Positions 27,736-43,177 are shown, counted from the first letter of the stretch. The stretch: 64,000 nt of DNA from Octopus vulgaris (GCA_951406725.2 OX597824.1:80476001-80540000), one strand, 5' to 3'. Translations and numbers: made by a program. The notes: generated from the sequence alone by a model not told the origin.

Positions 27736-27961
27736 GAGTGAGAGAGCAGTTCATGCCATCAAAGTGACACTGGGGTAAAATATACGAAGCCCAATATACC
27801 CATCATGAACTACCCGTCTGATAAAGGTACACCAGGCACATGCATCACAACCATATGTGCGCGACATGGTGATCTCATATCAAGATAAACAGCACATGAC
27901 CTTGCAAGTGGGGCCCAGTTTATTATTATTATTATTATTATTATTATTGTTATTATTATTG

Positions 27962-27999
<38 letters not shown>

Positions 28000-28183
28000 G
28001 AGTGAGAGAGCAGTTCATGCCATCAAAGTGACACTGGGGTAAAATATACGAAGCCCAATATACCCATCATGACCACCCGTCTGATAAAGGTACACCAGGC
28101 ACATGCATCACAACCATATGTGCGCGACATGGTGATCTCATATCAAGATAAACAGCACATGACCTTGCAAGTGGGGCCCAGTT
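27736..28183 (-). mobile_element. Two tandem truncated copies of the (TAA)n-embedded element (27736-27920, 28000-28183)
   Basis: Same breakpoints and same flanking ATT/GTT pattern, indicating a local duplication of one insertion. Confidence 0.88.
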
Positions 28184-28221
28184 TATTATTATTATTATTA
28201 TTATTATTGTTATTATTATTG

Positions 28222-28285
<64 letters not shown>

Positions 28286-28562
28286 GGTTGCGAGTGGGGT
28301 CGATGTGCCTGCAGTACAAAAGTATATCACTGCTGTTATTTGGTGGGAGGTTGTGATAGTGGGAGATCATGTCAATATGGTCATGGTGATTGATGTTGAT
28401 GTTGTTGTTGTCGTGGTGGTCGTGGTAGTAGTTTATATTAACGGGGTGATAATAAAATTATGGCAGCAGTAGTGGTGGTGGTGGTATTGATGGTGGTACA
28501 GATGTTATTTGTTGTTGTTGGTGTTGTTTCATGTTATTATAGTAGGAGTCATAGTATTAGTG

Positions 28563-28597
<35 letters not shown>

Positions 28598-28984
28598 TGT
28601 ATTAGTAGCAGCAGTAGTAGTAGTAGTAGTAGTAGTAGAAGTTGTATTAGTAGCAGCAGTAGTATTAGTAGTAGTAGTGGTGGTGGTGTTAGTGGTTGTA
28701 GAGGTGCTAATGGTGGTAGTGTTGGTGGTGTTTCCTGTTGTTATTATGGTAGTAGCAGCAGTATTGGTCGTAGCGGTAATAGTAGTAGTTGTAGCAACTG
28801 CAGTAGTAGTAGTAGTAGTAGTGGTGACGATGGTGGTGGTTGGAGTGCTGATAGTGTTGGCGGTGGTGGTGGTGGTGGTGGTGTTTCATGCTGTCATTAT
28901 GACAGCAGCAGCATTAGTAGTAGTAGTAGTAGTAGTAACTGCAGTGGCAGTAGTTGTAGTAGTAGTAGTAGTAACAGCAGTTGC

Positions 28985-29015
<31 letters not shown>

Positions 29016-29040
29016 ACAGCAGCTGCAGCAGTAGTAGTAA

Positions 29041-29076
<36 letters not shown>

Positions 29077-29306
29077 CAGCAGCAGCAAAAGTAGGGGTAG
29101 TTTTCGTGGTAGTATTTCATGTTGATTTCGTGATAATGATGGTGGATAATGTAGCTACAATGCTGCTAGTGTTGTTGTTGTTGTTGGTGGTGGTGGTGGA
29201 GATAGTGCTTCATATTGTTGTTGTTGTTGTTGTTACTGTTGTTGTAGTTGTTGTGGTTTCCTGTTTCTCGTATTTTACTTCATAAACATTTCAAACAATT
29301 TAAAAA

Positions 29307-29595
29307 AATAAATGTTCCCGTTTCACATAAAATATTTCTGTCTTCTACTTGGTTCTTGATCGGTCGAAACGTTTAATATTTCTCATTTGCAATAACAACC
29401 TCATATTTTCCAAGCCCACGAAGGGGAACTTTTATGTGGTCGACCAGTCCGCTAGAAAGAACAACTGAATCTTCCTCGAAGCCATGCTGTCATCATAGAA
29501 GAAGGACAGGTTGTACCATGTTATTTCTAGATTTCTAGCAAACTGGAAGTATTCATTTCCACTAAAGGCACAAGGCCTGAAATTTTGAGGGAGGG

Positions 29596-29639
<44 letters not shown>

Positions 29640-29819
29640 TGTGTGTGTGTAGATATAAATATGTACACATACATATATACACATATATGCGTATATATTT
29701 ATTTAGATTCATACATAGAATGGATGCTTGTTTTCATAAACACGTACATACATGCATACATGCATTATACACAGACACACACACACAAACACACACACAT
29801 ATCTATATCTATCTATCTA

Positions 29820-29868
<49 letters not shown>

Positions 29869-29887
29869 GCATATATATATATATATT

Positions 29888-29931
<44 letters not shown>

Positions 29932-31176
29932 GATATACGTACACACGCAAGCACATTCATACACACAGAGACACACACACGTTAGCTTCAAACTGACCAG
30001 AGTCCAGGGAGTTATTTAAGTAACAGAGACATTATTATGCTTTATAAAAGGCCGATATCCATGTTGTGCGCAGAGAAGCAGACAAGACGAGATATTACAA
30101 TCATAATCACCGAAGCATGGAAACATTGATACACTGCGACATTGAGACACATCATTGTGAACGTCATAGATTCTCTATGACCTTTCGACCGGAAGACGAA
30201 TTTTATAAATAGACTTGTAATTTCACTGAAGAATGTCACGTGGCTTTCCGGAAGGAAATTTCTCGGTTCACTAAATCGGCCATCACTAAGGTGTCACTGA
30301 ATGCAACAGAGAGTGAATACTGATTTATGAATGCTATTCCTAGAAAGACGCAGGGGACAATAGCAGTAATGAGAACGAGAACAATGTCCATCAGAACAAG
30401 TACTATTAATATTACCAATACCAAGAACTATGTAATAATTTTTCATATTGTCACATAATCAGATATTTGGTGGGAGAGATCGATTAAGCTCCAGTGAGGC
30501 GAGCTGGCAGAATCGTTAGCACGCCGGGCGAAATGCTTATCAGTTTTTCGTCTGCCGCTACGTTCTGAGTTCAAATTCCGCTGAGATCGACTTTGCCTTT
30601 CATCTTTCGAGGTCGATAAATCAAGTACCCGTTATGCACTGGGGTCGATATAATCGACTTAATACGTTTGTTTGTCCTTGTTTGTCCCCTCTGTGTTTAG
30701 CCCCTTGTGGGTAGTAAAAGAAATAGGTATTTCTTCTCTCTTTAAGTTCTGAGTTCAAATTCCGCCGTGGTCGACTTTGCCTTTCATCCTTTCGAGGTCG
30801 ATAAATAAGTACCAGTTACGCACTGGGGTCGAATGTAATCGACTTAATTCCTTTGTTTGTCCCCTCTGTGTTTAGCCCCTTGTGGACAATAAAGAAACAA
30901 GTTTTAGTCTGCCAAATTCATTTACAACCCGTTGGTTGGCCCAGGACTTATAGCAGAAGATACTCACCTAAAGAGCTGCACATTACGACTGAACTTGAAA
31001 CTATAAGGTTGGAAAATAAGCTTCTTAATCACATAACCATGCCTACACATATTTGTTTTTATTAATTAAATTCTTTAGTTATTTATTTATTCATTTGATT
31101 TGCCTTTTTGGACATTCTTTTCGAACCCGGAGAAATGAAAGTAAAAATTGATACTGGTGGTATCTACACACACACA

Positions 31177-31216
<40 letters not shown>

Positions 31217-31503
31217 TATACCCTCCCTCAAAATTTCAGGCCTTGTGCCTTTAGTGGAAATGAATACTTCCAGTTTGCTAGAAATCTGGAAATACATGGT
31301 ACAACGTGTCCTTCTTCTATGACAGCATGGCTTCGAGGAAGATTCAGTTGTTCTTTCTAGCAGACTGGTCGACCACATAGAAGTTCCGTCGTGAGCTTTG
31401 AAAATATGAGGTTGTTATTGCAAATGAGAAATATTAAACGTTTCGACCGATCAAGAACCAAGTAAAAGAGAGAAATATTTTATGTGAAACGGGAACATTT
31501 ATT
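29307..31503. repeat. Inverted duplication: ~345 bp arms (29307-29655, 31161-31503) around a ~1.5 kb spacer
   Basis: AATAAATGTTCCCGTTTCACATAAAATATTTC... is mirrored by ...GAAATATTTTATGTGAAACGGGAACATTTATT, with scattered mismatches. Confidence 0.92.
30497..30900 (+). mobile_element. SINE family A with two tandem bodies
   Basis: Same GAAATAG|GTATTTC junction as at 13450. Confidence 0.85.
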
Positions 31504-32363
31504 CAGAACGTAAAGAGCTCGAAAAGCTATCGTAAGGTATTTTATTTGATGTTCTAATGGTTTTGCCAATGCCGTCGCTCTGTTGTGATCAACGTTATAT
31601 GATATAGTTCTAGGTTTTCTTCTCTGAACATAGGAAAAAAAGAACGCGTTGTAACGGTTGCATTGCTTTGCATTACAGGTCTACAAGAACAAGGCTTACC
31701 TCTCGCTAAACGATACGAACAATAATAACCACCACCTCCACCACAGAAAACAACGAGCTAACGAAGGAATTCGAGCCATTATGAAAATCTGTAAGAGGTT
31801 ATTCGACCTGCTAGAAATAATAGCCAAATCTGCATCAAATCAGATTCTACCGTCTTGTGAATTGTCACGTTCGATGATGTAGCTAAGTGGACGAGTTAAC
31901 ATTCTTAATAACGTGAGTCTAAAATAATTAATTAATTAGCAAAAATTCCCCCCCTCCTACGACCGTTGCGAGTTTCAGCATGAATTTTAGCAATTAATAA
32001 TTGCTGTATTATTAATTCTGGTTAAGAAGAACGACGTAAACAATTTTGATATTTAGATAAGCCAAATACTAAGAATCCAGTTAGGATTGAGTTTAAGCTT
32101 CGCCAAGTACGGTGAAAAACTAAACCTATGCGTGTTCCGGTGTTATAAGACCTCATCGACGAAGCATAGGCTTACTCATATATACCACTTAATGCTTCCT
32201 CAATGAAAATCTCTTTATCTCCCTGTCCTCTTGGATCCTGTAAGTTGTTTCCTCTAGTAATAACAACTATACATCTGCTACTACTAATATGAGTCGACAT
32301 GAAATCCCCTCCAGACTACTGTAACCTGCTAGAAATAGCAACCGATTTCCTCTCAAATTGCCC

Positions 32364-33160
32364 TCTTTTACTCTTTTACTTGTTTCATTCATTTGACTGC
32401 GGCCATGCTGGAGCACCGCCTTTGATCGAGCAACTCGACCCTAGGACTTATTCTTTTGCAAGCCCAGTACTTATTCTATCGGTCTCTTTTGCCGAACCGC
32501 TAGGTAACGGGACATAAACACACCAGCATCGGTTGTCAAGCAATGCTAGGGGGACAAACACACGCACGCATACATATATATAAATATATACGACGGGCTT
32601 CTTTCAGTTTCCGTCTACCAAATCCACTCACAAGGCTTTGGTCGGCCCGAGGCTATAGTAGAAGACACCTGCCCAAGGTGCCACGCAGTGGGACTGAACC
32701 CGGAACCATGTCGTTGGTAAACAAGCTAATTACCACACAGCCACTCCTGCGCTTGTACAATCTTTAAAAAAAGCTAAGGCTATAATCCACTTATTTGCCT
32801 CTTATTGGGGTACATTATCAACAAATGTAAAGGAACGAGGTTACTCAATAACATCAACCTCAGTTATCACTTGACAACCGATGCTGGTGTGTTTACGTCC
32901 CCGTAACTTAGCGGTTCGGCAAAATAAACCGATAGAATAAGTTCTAGGCTTACAAAGAATAAGTCCTGGGGTTGATTTCCTCGACTGAAGGCGGTGCTTC
33001 AGCATGGCCACAGTCACATGACTAAAACAAGTAAAACAAGACACAAATAGAATAAGTACTAGGCTTACAAAGAAGTCCTGGGGTCTATTAGCTCGACTAA
33101 AGGCGGTGCTCCAGCATGACCGCAGTCAAATGACTGAAACAGGTAAGTAAAAAAGAGTAT
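32364..33160. mobile_element. SINE B (minus, 32364-32752) and plus-strand SINE B tails (32870-33160)
   Basis: Homology to 18961-19372; the copies are in inverted orientation about 120 bp apart. Confidence 0.85.
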
Positions 33161-33258
33161 CATTACAACTAATACCAACATCATTGATATCGACAAAAGA
33201 CCAAGCATTCGGCAAATAATTCTACACACATTGTCCATCTCTCCTCTTCAGATCCTGT

Positions 33259-33625
33259 GGAGGCGCAATGGCCCAGTGGCTAGGGCAGCGGACTCGCGGT
33301 CATAGGATCGCGGTTTCGATTCCCAGACCGGGCGTTGTGAGTGTTTATTGAGAGAAAACACCCAAAAGCTCCACGAGGCTCCGGCAGGGGATGGTGGTGA
33401 TCCCTGCTGTACTCTTTCACCACAACTTTCTCTCACTCTTACTTCCTGTTTCTGTATTTCTGTACCTGTATTTCAAAGGGCCGGCCTGAATATCCCCGAG
33501 AACTACGTTAAGGGTACACGTGTCTGTGGAGTGCTCAGCCACTTACACGTTAATTTCACGAGCGGACTGTTCCGTTGATTCGGATCAACCGGAACCCTCG
33601 TCGTCGTAACCGACGGAGTGCTTCC
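33259..33625 (+). mobile_element. SINE family C, tail ending ACCGACGGAGTG
   Basis: Head GGAGGCGCAATGGCCCAGTGG; TSD TCTTCAGATCCT on both sides. Confidence 0.88.
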
Positions 33626-34287
33626 ATCCATCTTCAGATCCTACCATCCCCACCACCACCACCACCACTACTACCACCATTATGAAATAAATAAAGGAAG
33701 AGACAAAAAAAAAAAAAAGAAAGAAAGAAGACTGACTATTAACCGCTGTTATATGTCTAGTGTTTAATAGCCTCGTTTTAATTCATAGCTGCTGCAGGTC
33801 ATCGGTGTAATGTGAAGATATACATCACAAGGGGAAGCAACCAACAACAGCAGTTTGTAACCCGACGTCACGAATAATTTTAATGATGGCGGAAGAGAAA
33901 CAAAAACGAAAATGCATTGAAAAGCAACGAAAGAAAAAAGAGTGAAAGAAAGAAAGAAACAGACAGAGAAGGAAGGAAGGAAAGAAAACCGAACGGACAT
34001 GTCTGGATTTCTTTTTTTTTATTGTTCGTGTTGTTTACTCGACTTTGGTTAACCGCGTACTACATATATATATATTATATATATATTTTAAACTTTAAAT
34101 AGTAATTTTATTCTGACATCTATTAGATGCGTACTCGTATGTATGTGTTTGTATGTGTTTGCATAAGCCTATATTTTTGTATACACACACACACACATTT
34201 ATGTATGTACATGTTTATATATGTATACGTTTCATCATCCATTCATACGTTAATATATATATATATATACGTGTGTGTGTGTGTGTG

Positions 34288-34804
<517 letters not shown>

Positions 34805-35251
34805 CATACAATCCGTTCTGTCTGTGTGTGTGTCTTCTAGGATCTCGGGCATCCTCCATTCGATTGCGCTCAAATTTGATATGTAGATACCGACGGTATC
34901 AGGGCGTGTATAAGTCGATTCCAGGTGAGAATGCGATCGATAAAGAATTAGTGCTGGGGGTCGATTTGCTCGACTAAAAGGCGGTGCTCCAGCATGGCCA
35001 CAGTCAAATGATTGAAGCAAAGAGTAAATGTTCTTATTTTTCCACGCTATTTTACTAACTGACCCTTTTAAACAATATTACTCTCCTGAGCAGATTTTAA
35101 ATTTGTTTGTTCCTTTTTTTCTTTTTTGTCTTTTTCTTTTATTATATGACCGACGTCCTGCATGATCTTCAAGTGAATTCCATAAACTAATTAAGGTAAT
35201 GATTCAAGAAGTTAGACAATTTTGATCTTTGCATCTATGAGTCCTATAAGC

Positions 35252-35522
35252 CAGTGCTACTCAGACTGGTGATCCGCGAGCCATCAGCTGCCGGTACGCG
35301 GCGAGTTTCCAGAAAAGAAAGAAACACAACAGCATAATTGCATTACTTTCGAATTATGCACTGCAGTAAACAACTTATCAGCTGGCCCCTGGGGCGTGGT
35401 ACTCACCAAATTTTATATATATATTGTTTCCGGTATAAATTAATATTACTAAGAAATATTACCGGTCCCTGGCACATTGCGAAAAAAACTGCCGTTACGC
35501 CACATCAGATACTTTAGCACTG
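35252..35522. mobile_element. hAT-type MITE
   Basis: Termini CAGTGCTA..TAGCACTG with an 8-bp TSD CTATAAGC/CTATAAGT. Confidence 0.8.
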
Positions 35523-35563
35523 CTATAAGTGGTATTTATATTCTAGGCTTACTCATTTATACC

Positions 35564-35796
35564 TATTTCTTTATTACCCACAAGGGGCTAAACATAGAAG
35601 GGACAAACAAGGACAGACATAGGTATTAAGTCGATTACATCGACCCCAGTGCGTAACTGGTACTTAATTTATCGACCCCGAAAGGATGAAAGGCAAAGTC
35701 AACCTCGGCGGAATTTGAACTCACAACGTAACGACAAGCGAAATACCGTTAAGCATTTCGCCCGGCGTACTAACGTTTCTGCCAGATCTCCGCCTT
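35564..35796 (-). mobile_element. SINE family A, full length
   Basis: 15-bp TSD TTACTCATTTATACC at 35549-35563 and 35797-35811. Confidence 0.9.
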
Positions 35797-36107
35797 TTAC
35801 TCATTTATACCACTTAATGCTTCCCACTTCCCACCTGATAGTTTGCTCAGCAAGTCAACTTACATATTCTGTCTTACCTATTTGTTTAAGACCTCACGAA
35901 GATGGCGAATTTTCGCCATGTTGTAATCTAAGAATACATCAAATAAATGTTACCGAAACAGCTGTTGTGAATTTTGAACTCCACTTGTGTTCTTTTTTTT
36001 TATACCTATACATACGCTACACTGGGAACAATCGTTGAGTTGGATCTACATCCTGTACGGATTGGATACGTATGTGTATATATACATTTGTTTATGTGTA
36101 CTTATGT

Positions 36108-36378
36108 GGAGGCGCAATGGCCCAGTGGTTTAGGGCAGCGGACTCGCGGTTTCGATTCCCAGACAGGGTGTTGTGTGTTTATTGAGCGAAAACACCTAAA
36201 GTTCCACTACGCTCCGGCAAGGGGTGGTGGCTGTTGTATTCTTTCGCTCCAACTTTCTCTCATTCTCTCATCCTGTTTCTTGAGTAATGCTGCGATGGAC
36301 TGGTGTACCGTCCAGCTGGGGTGGGAACACATACGCCACAGAAACCGGGAAACCTGGCTAGGCTTGAAAAGGGCGATT
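36108..36378 (+). mobile_element. SINE family C, further tail variant
   Basis: GGAGGCGCAATGGCCCAGTGG head; tail ends TTGAAAAGGGCG followed by (ATAA)n. Confidence 0.8.
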
Positions 36379-36589
36379 AAATAAATAAATAATGTGTACT
36401 TATATATAAATGGACGTGTAGATGCATGCGTATACACAGCATGAAACTTTAATTGTTCCTGAGTATTGATAAACCAGTACATGACCAGGCGTCATACTCA
36501 TTTAAATATCTAGGATTCTAACTAATCCTACAGCTGAACAACATACTCATATATACATACATATATGCATACATATATACATAGAACTA

Positions 36590-37215
36590 TTTTGAGTGGC
36601 TATGGTAACTAGCCACTCAACTAATAATGGTAGCAACTAATAATAAAAAGGAGAACTGGGGAAATATCCCACTGAAAACGTCAATAAAATGTTAACATAA
36701 TAGTCTTCACACAGCTAGAGAAGAAAAACTGTATACATTTGTGGAAATTAGCACCCTGATGGGATGTTGACATAAAGCTAAAGATAAGCGATAAAGAAAA
36801 TACCTACGCTGAACTACTGAGAAATCTACAGTTACTCTATCCAGGTTACAAGTTCAGGTTTATACCTGTATTTACTACCTAACTAACAACCTTGAAAAAT
36901 TAGTCTTACAAAACCAGGAAGAAGAAAGCTGATTCGAAGATCACCGATCACTGAGACTGTAAAAATCTGCAAAACTCTCAAGAAGTTTATAATTTAAATA
37001 TTTATGAGCATGTGTAGATATGCAGCTATATGCATGAGAATACATACTTAAAACGAAACATACAAATCTGTACATACATGCATACATACATACATACATA
37101 CATACATACATACCCTGTTGATATTGTTGAATTCCAATGAAGGAGACTTGGATCTAGATTAGAAACCGGCTCTTTCCCTGTTGGCAAAGAAATCTTGAAA
37201 TAAAGCTGAATAATG
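36590..37215 (+). mobile_element. Degenerate RLE-type non-LTR retrotransposon 3' end embedded in (CATA)n
   Basis: Across a frameshift reads REEKLYTFVEIS..DVDIKLKISDKENTYAELLRNLQLLYPGYKFRFIPV, the E..K...Y..L..IPV pattern of restriction-like endonucleases. Bounded by CATA repeats. Confidence 0.65.
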
Positions 37216-37286
37216 ACATACATACATACATACATACATACATACATACATACATACATACATACATACATACATACTTACTTACA

Positions 37287-37320
<34 letters not shown>

Positions 37321-37533
37321 TGTGTGTATGGAAAACTGATTCAAAAGATGAATTTCTTTTTTGAATATTGCTCTTGTTTTGCCAACTCATCAATTCATAT
37401 ATTTGTTTTCTTGCGCATATGACTGTGAGAGCGATGTTTTTTTTCTTCATATATACCTACATATTCATTTTAACACACGCAGTTATTTGAAAGTTAGCGT
37501 ACATACATGCATACACATATGTGTATGTATATA

Positions 37534-37566
<33 letters not shown>

Positions 37567-38131
37567 TTATTTATTTATATTTATATATATATATATATAT
37601 TTATTTATTTATATCTATATTTATAAATGTTAGTATTTCTATATATACTTGTGAAGTGTGTGTGTGTATATGCATAAGTATATATTTATATATATATATA
37701 TTACACATAAATTACGTACATGTATGTCTAAGGGTATACAAATCTACATCATTACCTCGAGTTTTTACAGAAGCGCTTCCCCTGGTGAAATATTGTTTCT
37801 TTTTTATATTTTACAAACATAAAATATAGGCGAAGCACTTCCGAAGAAGTAAAGAATGCATAATTTATCTTTTTTAATAGTTACATTGCAAAACTTGCTT
37901 CGTGTAACATCTAGTACAAGTCACTGAATACAGTTTTGTCTTTCTAAATTTTGTGCACTTGTATTCACGCGTGTGCGTGTGTGTGTGTATGCATGTATAA
38001 ATATGCATTTATGTTTATGTATATATAGATATATGTGTGTGTATGTTTGTGACAGTGTGTTGATTTGGGCGTAAACATAAATATCAATCTTACAATCTCT
38101 TAAGCGTTCTCACTGCATTTATAGAAGTATG

Positions 38132-38212
<81 letters not shown>

Positions 38213-38213
38213 A

Positions 38214-38256
<43 letters not shown>

Positions 38257-38259
38257 CAC

Positions 38260-38304
<45 letters not shown>

Positions 38305-38330
38305 TATATGTATATGTGTATTTATATATG

Positions 38331-38376
<46 letters not shown>

Positions 38377-38465
38377 TATATGTATATATATATGGAGAGA
38401 GAGAGGTGCGTGTATATAACTATATATGCATGTGTATATATATCAATCTAGCAATCAATGCATCT

Positions 38466-38507
<42 letters not shown>

Positions 38508-39236
38508 TCACACACGCATACACACTCACACAGACACACTCACACAGACACACAGTCACACAGCCGCACGCAAGCGTACGTACGTACGTACACACATACA
38601 TCCAGAGAACAATATTGTAAACCATTTTTTTTTTGCGCTCTTCATATTTCTCTCTGTTAGAATAGTGTACAATTTTTATCCTCGGACATAATTCTCTTCT
38701 AAAATATATTGTGTTTAAACAAAAGGGATCCAAAACATGAATCTCTCCCCCTTTTTTTTTCTTAGGGGTATTGTTATCATTTTGCCAGTTGGTCCCTATT
38801 ATCGTGTATTTATTGTCTTGTGTATATACGCGGGTGTGAGAGCGATGTTTCATTTTCTATATCTTGACATTCATTTTAATACACATTTTTGAATGTTTTC
38901 TTTATGTATGTATATAAAATTCATACATGCATACATATATACATACATACACACATACATACATACATACATACATACACGCATACATCCATACATACAT
39001 ACTTACATACACACATGCATACAAACATACATACGTACATACATATATACATATATATGTATATATATATATATATATATATGTCACTAAATAAATCTAC
39101 ATATGCATACATAAATGTGCGTGTACGCATGTATATCTATCTATCTATCTATATATATATATATGACGATATAACTCATAATATACGTGCATATGAATGT
39201 TTGTATGTATACACACCCACATATACACACACATAT

Positions 39237-39303
<67 letters not shown>

Positions 39304-39312
39304 ATACATGCA

Positions 39313-39355
<43 letters not shown>

Positions 39356-39769
39356 GCGTTTATGACACATAAAAAAATGTCCGAAATTAAGAAGTATTAA
39401 GTGCTGCCACTCAAATCACATTAATACATCACTTCATTTTCATTGTAGACCATATTTGTCATCCTTTTGTTTGTTTGTCATCGCCGTTTTACTCCTTGGC
39501 CGTTGTTTTTTCTTGTTTGTTAACCAATGCTCCATTTTATTCTTAGTTTATATGCTTATATGTTGCTTATATATATTGTTATAATATTGTTTTTGTTGAA
39601 GTACTTCGTTGTAATACACAGTTGTTTTTGTTTTCTGTTGTCGCTCTTGTTGTTGTTTGTTTGTTACTTGTTATTTTGATATACCGATGAACGTCACTCA
39701 ATGTACAACTGTCTCCCGACTATATTTCATATTCAACAGCTTTTATATAGATAAATATATAGGTGGATA

Positions 39770-39850
<81 letters not shown>

Positions 39851-39859
39851 GTCTGTCTA

Positions 39860-39942
<83 letters not shown>

Positions 39943-40035
39943 GTCTGTCTATCTATATATCTATCTATCTGTCTGTCTATCTATCTGTCTGTCTGTCAGT
40001 CTATCTATCTCTCTGTCTGTCTATCTATTTATCTG

Positions 40036-40106
<71 letters not shown>

Positions 40107-40147
40107 CTCTGTCTATCTATTTATCGATCTATCTATCTGTCTGTCTT

Positions 40148-40234
<87 letters not shown>

Positions 40235-41019
40235 CTATCTATCTATCTGTATGTGTTCGTGTGTGTGCGTGTATGTATTTGTATAAATAAACCCTTATGG
40301 TTGTTGTTTTTCGTGCTTTTTTTCTGTTTCCATTTTCAAGTGGACTGCATTTTGGACAACGCCATTACTCACTCAACAAGGACACATAAATAATACTTGC
40401 AAACTGAGTCGTTATTTTCAACCAGTTTTGCTTTTAAAACGCATTTTCATATTCGGTTTCTTTTGCATACCATTCTTCATTTATTTTTCTCCCTCTTTCC
40501 TTCATTTTTTTTTTTTCATTCTTTCTCCTCTCGTTCATCTTTTTCGTCTTTAATATGTTTCCCTCTTCTTTAAACTAATACATTCACTTCCCCTTTATAA
40601 TTCTTTTCTTGTCAGCGTCAATCAAATATCAACGATTGTCATTATTTTTATAAATTTCTTTTACTTGATCTGGATATTGTTCTCTTGATTCTTAATTTCC
40701 TTTCTTTCTTTTCTTTTCCTTTCATTCCTCTTTTATTACTTCCTTCATTTCCTTTTTTCATTCTTTCTTTCGTCTAATTTCAGTCCTTCCCTCATCACTT
40801 TTTTTACCTTGGGTTTTGTTTCATTTGATTTGATTTCTTTCTTTCTTTCTTTCTTTCCTTCTTTCCTTTCTTTCTTTCTTTCTTTCTTTTTCTAATACCT
40901 TTCTATCTTTTGTTTATTTCTCACTTTCTTTCTCACTTTCTTTTCTCCTTATTTTCTCTCTCCTTATTTTCTTTCCCCCTAATTCTTTCCTTTTATCTTT
41001 TCCCCCCTCTCTTTCTTTC

Positions 41020-41061
<42 letters not shown>

Positions 41062-41960
41062 GTTTCTAATACCTTTCTATCTTTTCTTTATTTCGCACTT
41101 CTTTCTTTCTCACTTTCTTTTCTCCTTATTTTCTCTCTCCTTATTTTCTTTCCCCCTAATTCTTTCGTTTTATCTTTTTCCCTATCTTTCTTTCCTTCTT
41201 TTTCTTTCTTTCTTTCTTTTTCTATCTTTTCGATCTTTTCTTTATTTCTTACTTCTTTCTTTCTTTCTCGCTTTCTTTTCTCTCTTCTTATTTTATTTCC
41301 CCCTAATTCTTTCCTTTTATCCTTTTACCCTCTTCTTCTTTTTCTTTCTTTCTTTCTCTATTTCTTTTCATCTCCGTTTCGCTCATTCTCACTTCTCCAT
41401 TACCTCTCACTCATCCAATCTTGTGCTGAAATATTTTAAAGCTTGACGCTAATGTCGGTGTCTCCTGTTGTCATTAGTTGTCATTTGAAGTGGATAATTC
41501 AGAATAAATTTGTTGGGGATAACCTTCATTTCCATGGAATTTAGCTGAAGACTAACCTTGCCACACTCTAATCTCTATTCACCGCAAGAGCTCCCATGCT
41601 TCCACCAACAAACTTAAATTGCGCTCCAAAGTCATCTCTATAACGTAGTCCGGGTTTATTAAGAATCATCTAGTTTTTTTCAAATACATCAGTGAAAATA
41701 AATTCCTGCTCTCGTACGTTGATTGTCTTCGCACGGAGTCTTGAACTACAAGAGGCGAGATGAAGAAGCAAGAGTGCATCCTAGCAACGTTCCCTACCAG
41801 GATGTGAAACTCATCAATGTTGATATCCAGCTTTACTACTGGTTGATGTATTCTGGGTACATGCATCCTGTACTCGAAATAGGATGGGAAAGACGACGTA
41901 GGCGATGAGTTTTCTTTTTTTTATTATCACGCCCTGTGTTTTCAATTATAAAATGGCTAA

Positions 41961-42283
41961 AGACCCCTCCGACCATGAATGATCATGGAATTACACCCAG
42001 AAAGTTACTCTTCGTAGAACAAGTCCGGGCAAAGTTGTTTATGGAAGACCAACAGTCGCCCATGCATACCAGCCTCTCCTCTCCATGCCACTGATGTTAT
42101 CCAAGAGAATAGCAAGGGCCGATGGAGCTTGGCATCAGGGATGTCACAACTCATTTCCTACAGCTGAGTGATCTGGAGCAATGTGGAATAAAGTGTCTTG
42201 TTAAAGAACACAACGCAGCTCGGTCCGAGAATCGAATTCACTACCTCATGTTTCTGAGCCCGACGCTCTAACCACTGAGCCAT
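41961..42283 (-). mobile_element. SINE family D
   Basis: Homologous to 15153-15483. Confidence 0.82.
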
Positions 42284-42510
42284 GATATTAATAAAAATGA
42301 TCACCGCAAGCAAATTATTCTTTTACAACAACTTCATGATCCTCTTTAGGGTAAAGACCTAGGTTAAAGTACATCTTCACACTCGGAGGATACTTTGGTT
42401 CTCTTTGAAATACTGGAGTCAATACATTCGATTAAGAGTTCTAGTAAGGCTGTGCCCCAGCACGACCAAAGTCAAATTATGTGAAACAAGTAAAAGAATA
42501 AAAGATTATG

Positions 42511-42543
<33 letters not shown>

Positions 42544-42556
42544 ATATATATGTATG

Positions 42557-42605
<49 letters not shown>

Positions 42606-42873
42606 TTATTTCCGTGCTTCTTTTTGCATACATTCGCTGCTTTGTTCCAAGGAATCTAATGCTCTTAGCATAGTTTTCCTTGGGGCTGGCCAGATTGGAG
42701 CAATCTCAAGATTAATCAGCCGAAATTGCGAGGATAATCTGGTTCTTGACTGAAGATAGAAAACTTCGAATGACCCGTCCTTGTTTCCTTTGTATCGTCT
42801 TTCTAGACCCTTTTGTTGTCCCCTTTTTGTATCACCTGGTTGTCCGGATGTTTTGCGTTCTTGTCCCATTTTG

Positions 42874-43007
<134 letters not shown>

Positions 43008-43094
43008 GTAGGTCCCGGGTTGAGTCGGGGTTAACCACAGTAAATAAGGTACTCAATACATTGCAGAGTAAATTAATTTATTTTATAGAAGGAC

Positions 43095-43141
43095 CTTCTA
43101 CAGGACTAGAACTGTTTCATTCAAATGAAATCATCAGGAAG
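43095..43141 (-). ncRNA. Type I hammerhead ribozyme motif, imperfect stem II base
   Basis: Minus strand: CTTC-CTGATGA-T TTCA TT TGAA T-GAA-ACAG TTCTAGTC CTGT-A-GAAG. Stems I and III pair; the cleavage triplet is GUA. Confidence 0.7.

Positions 43142-43177
<36 letters not shown>

Noticed and set aside
41666-41908. Non-repetitive ORFs on both strands
   Set aside because: No splice signals or recognisable family; only a faint hAT dimerisation-like STY..FS.M pattern.
42745-42785. Hammerhead-like CTGAAGA..CGAATGAC..GTC in a TA-flanked insert
   Set aside because: GAAA is broken and stems I and II do not pair convincingly; at most a decayed relic.
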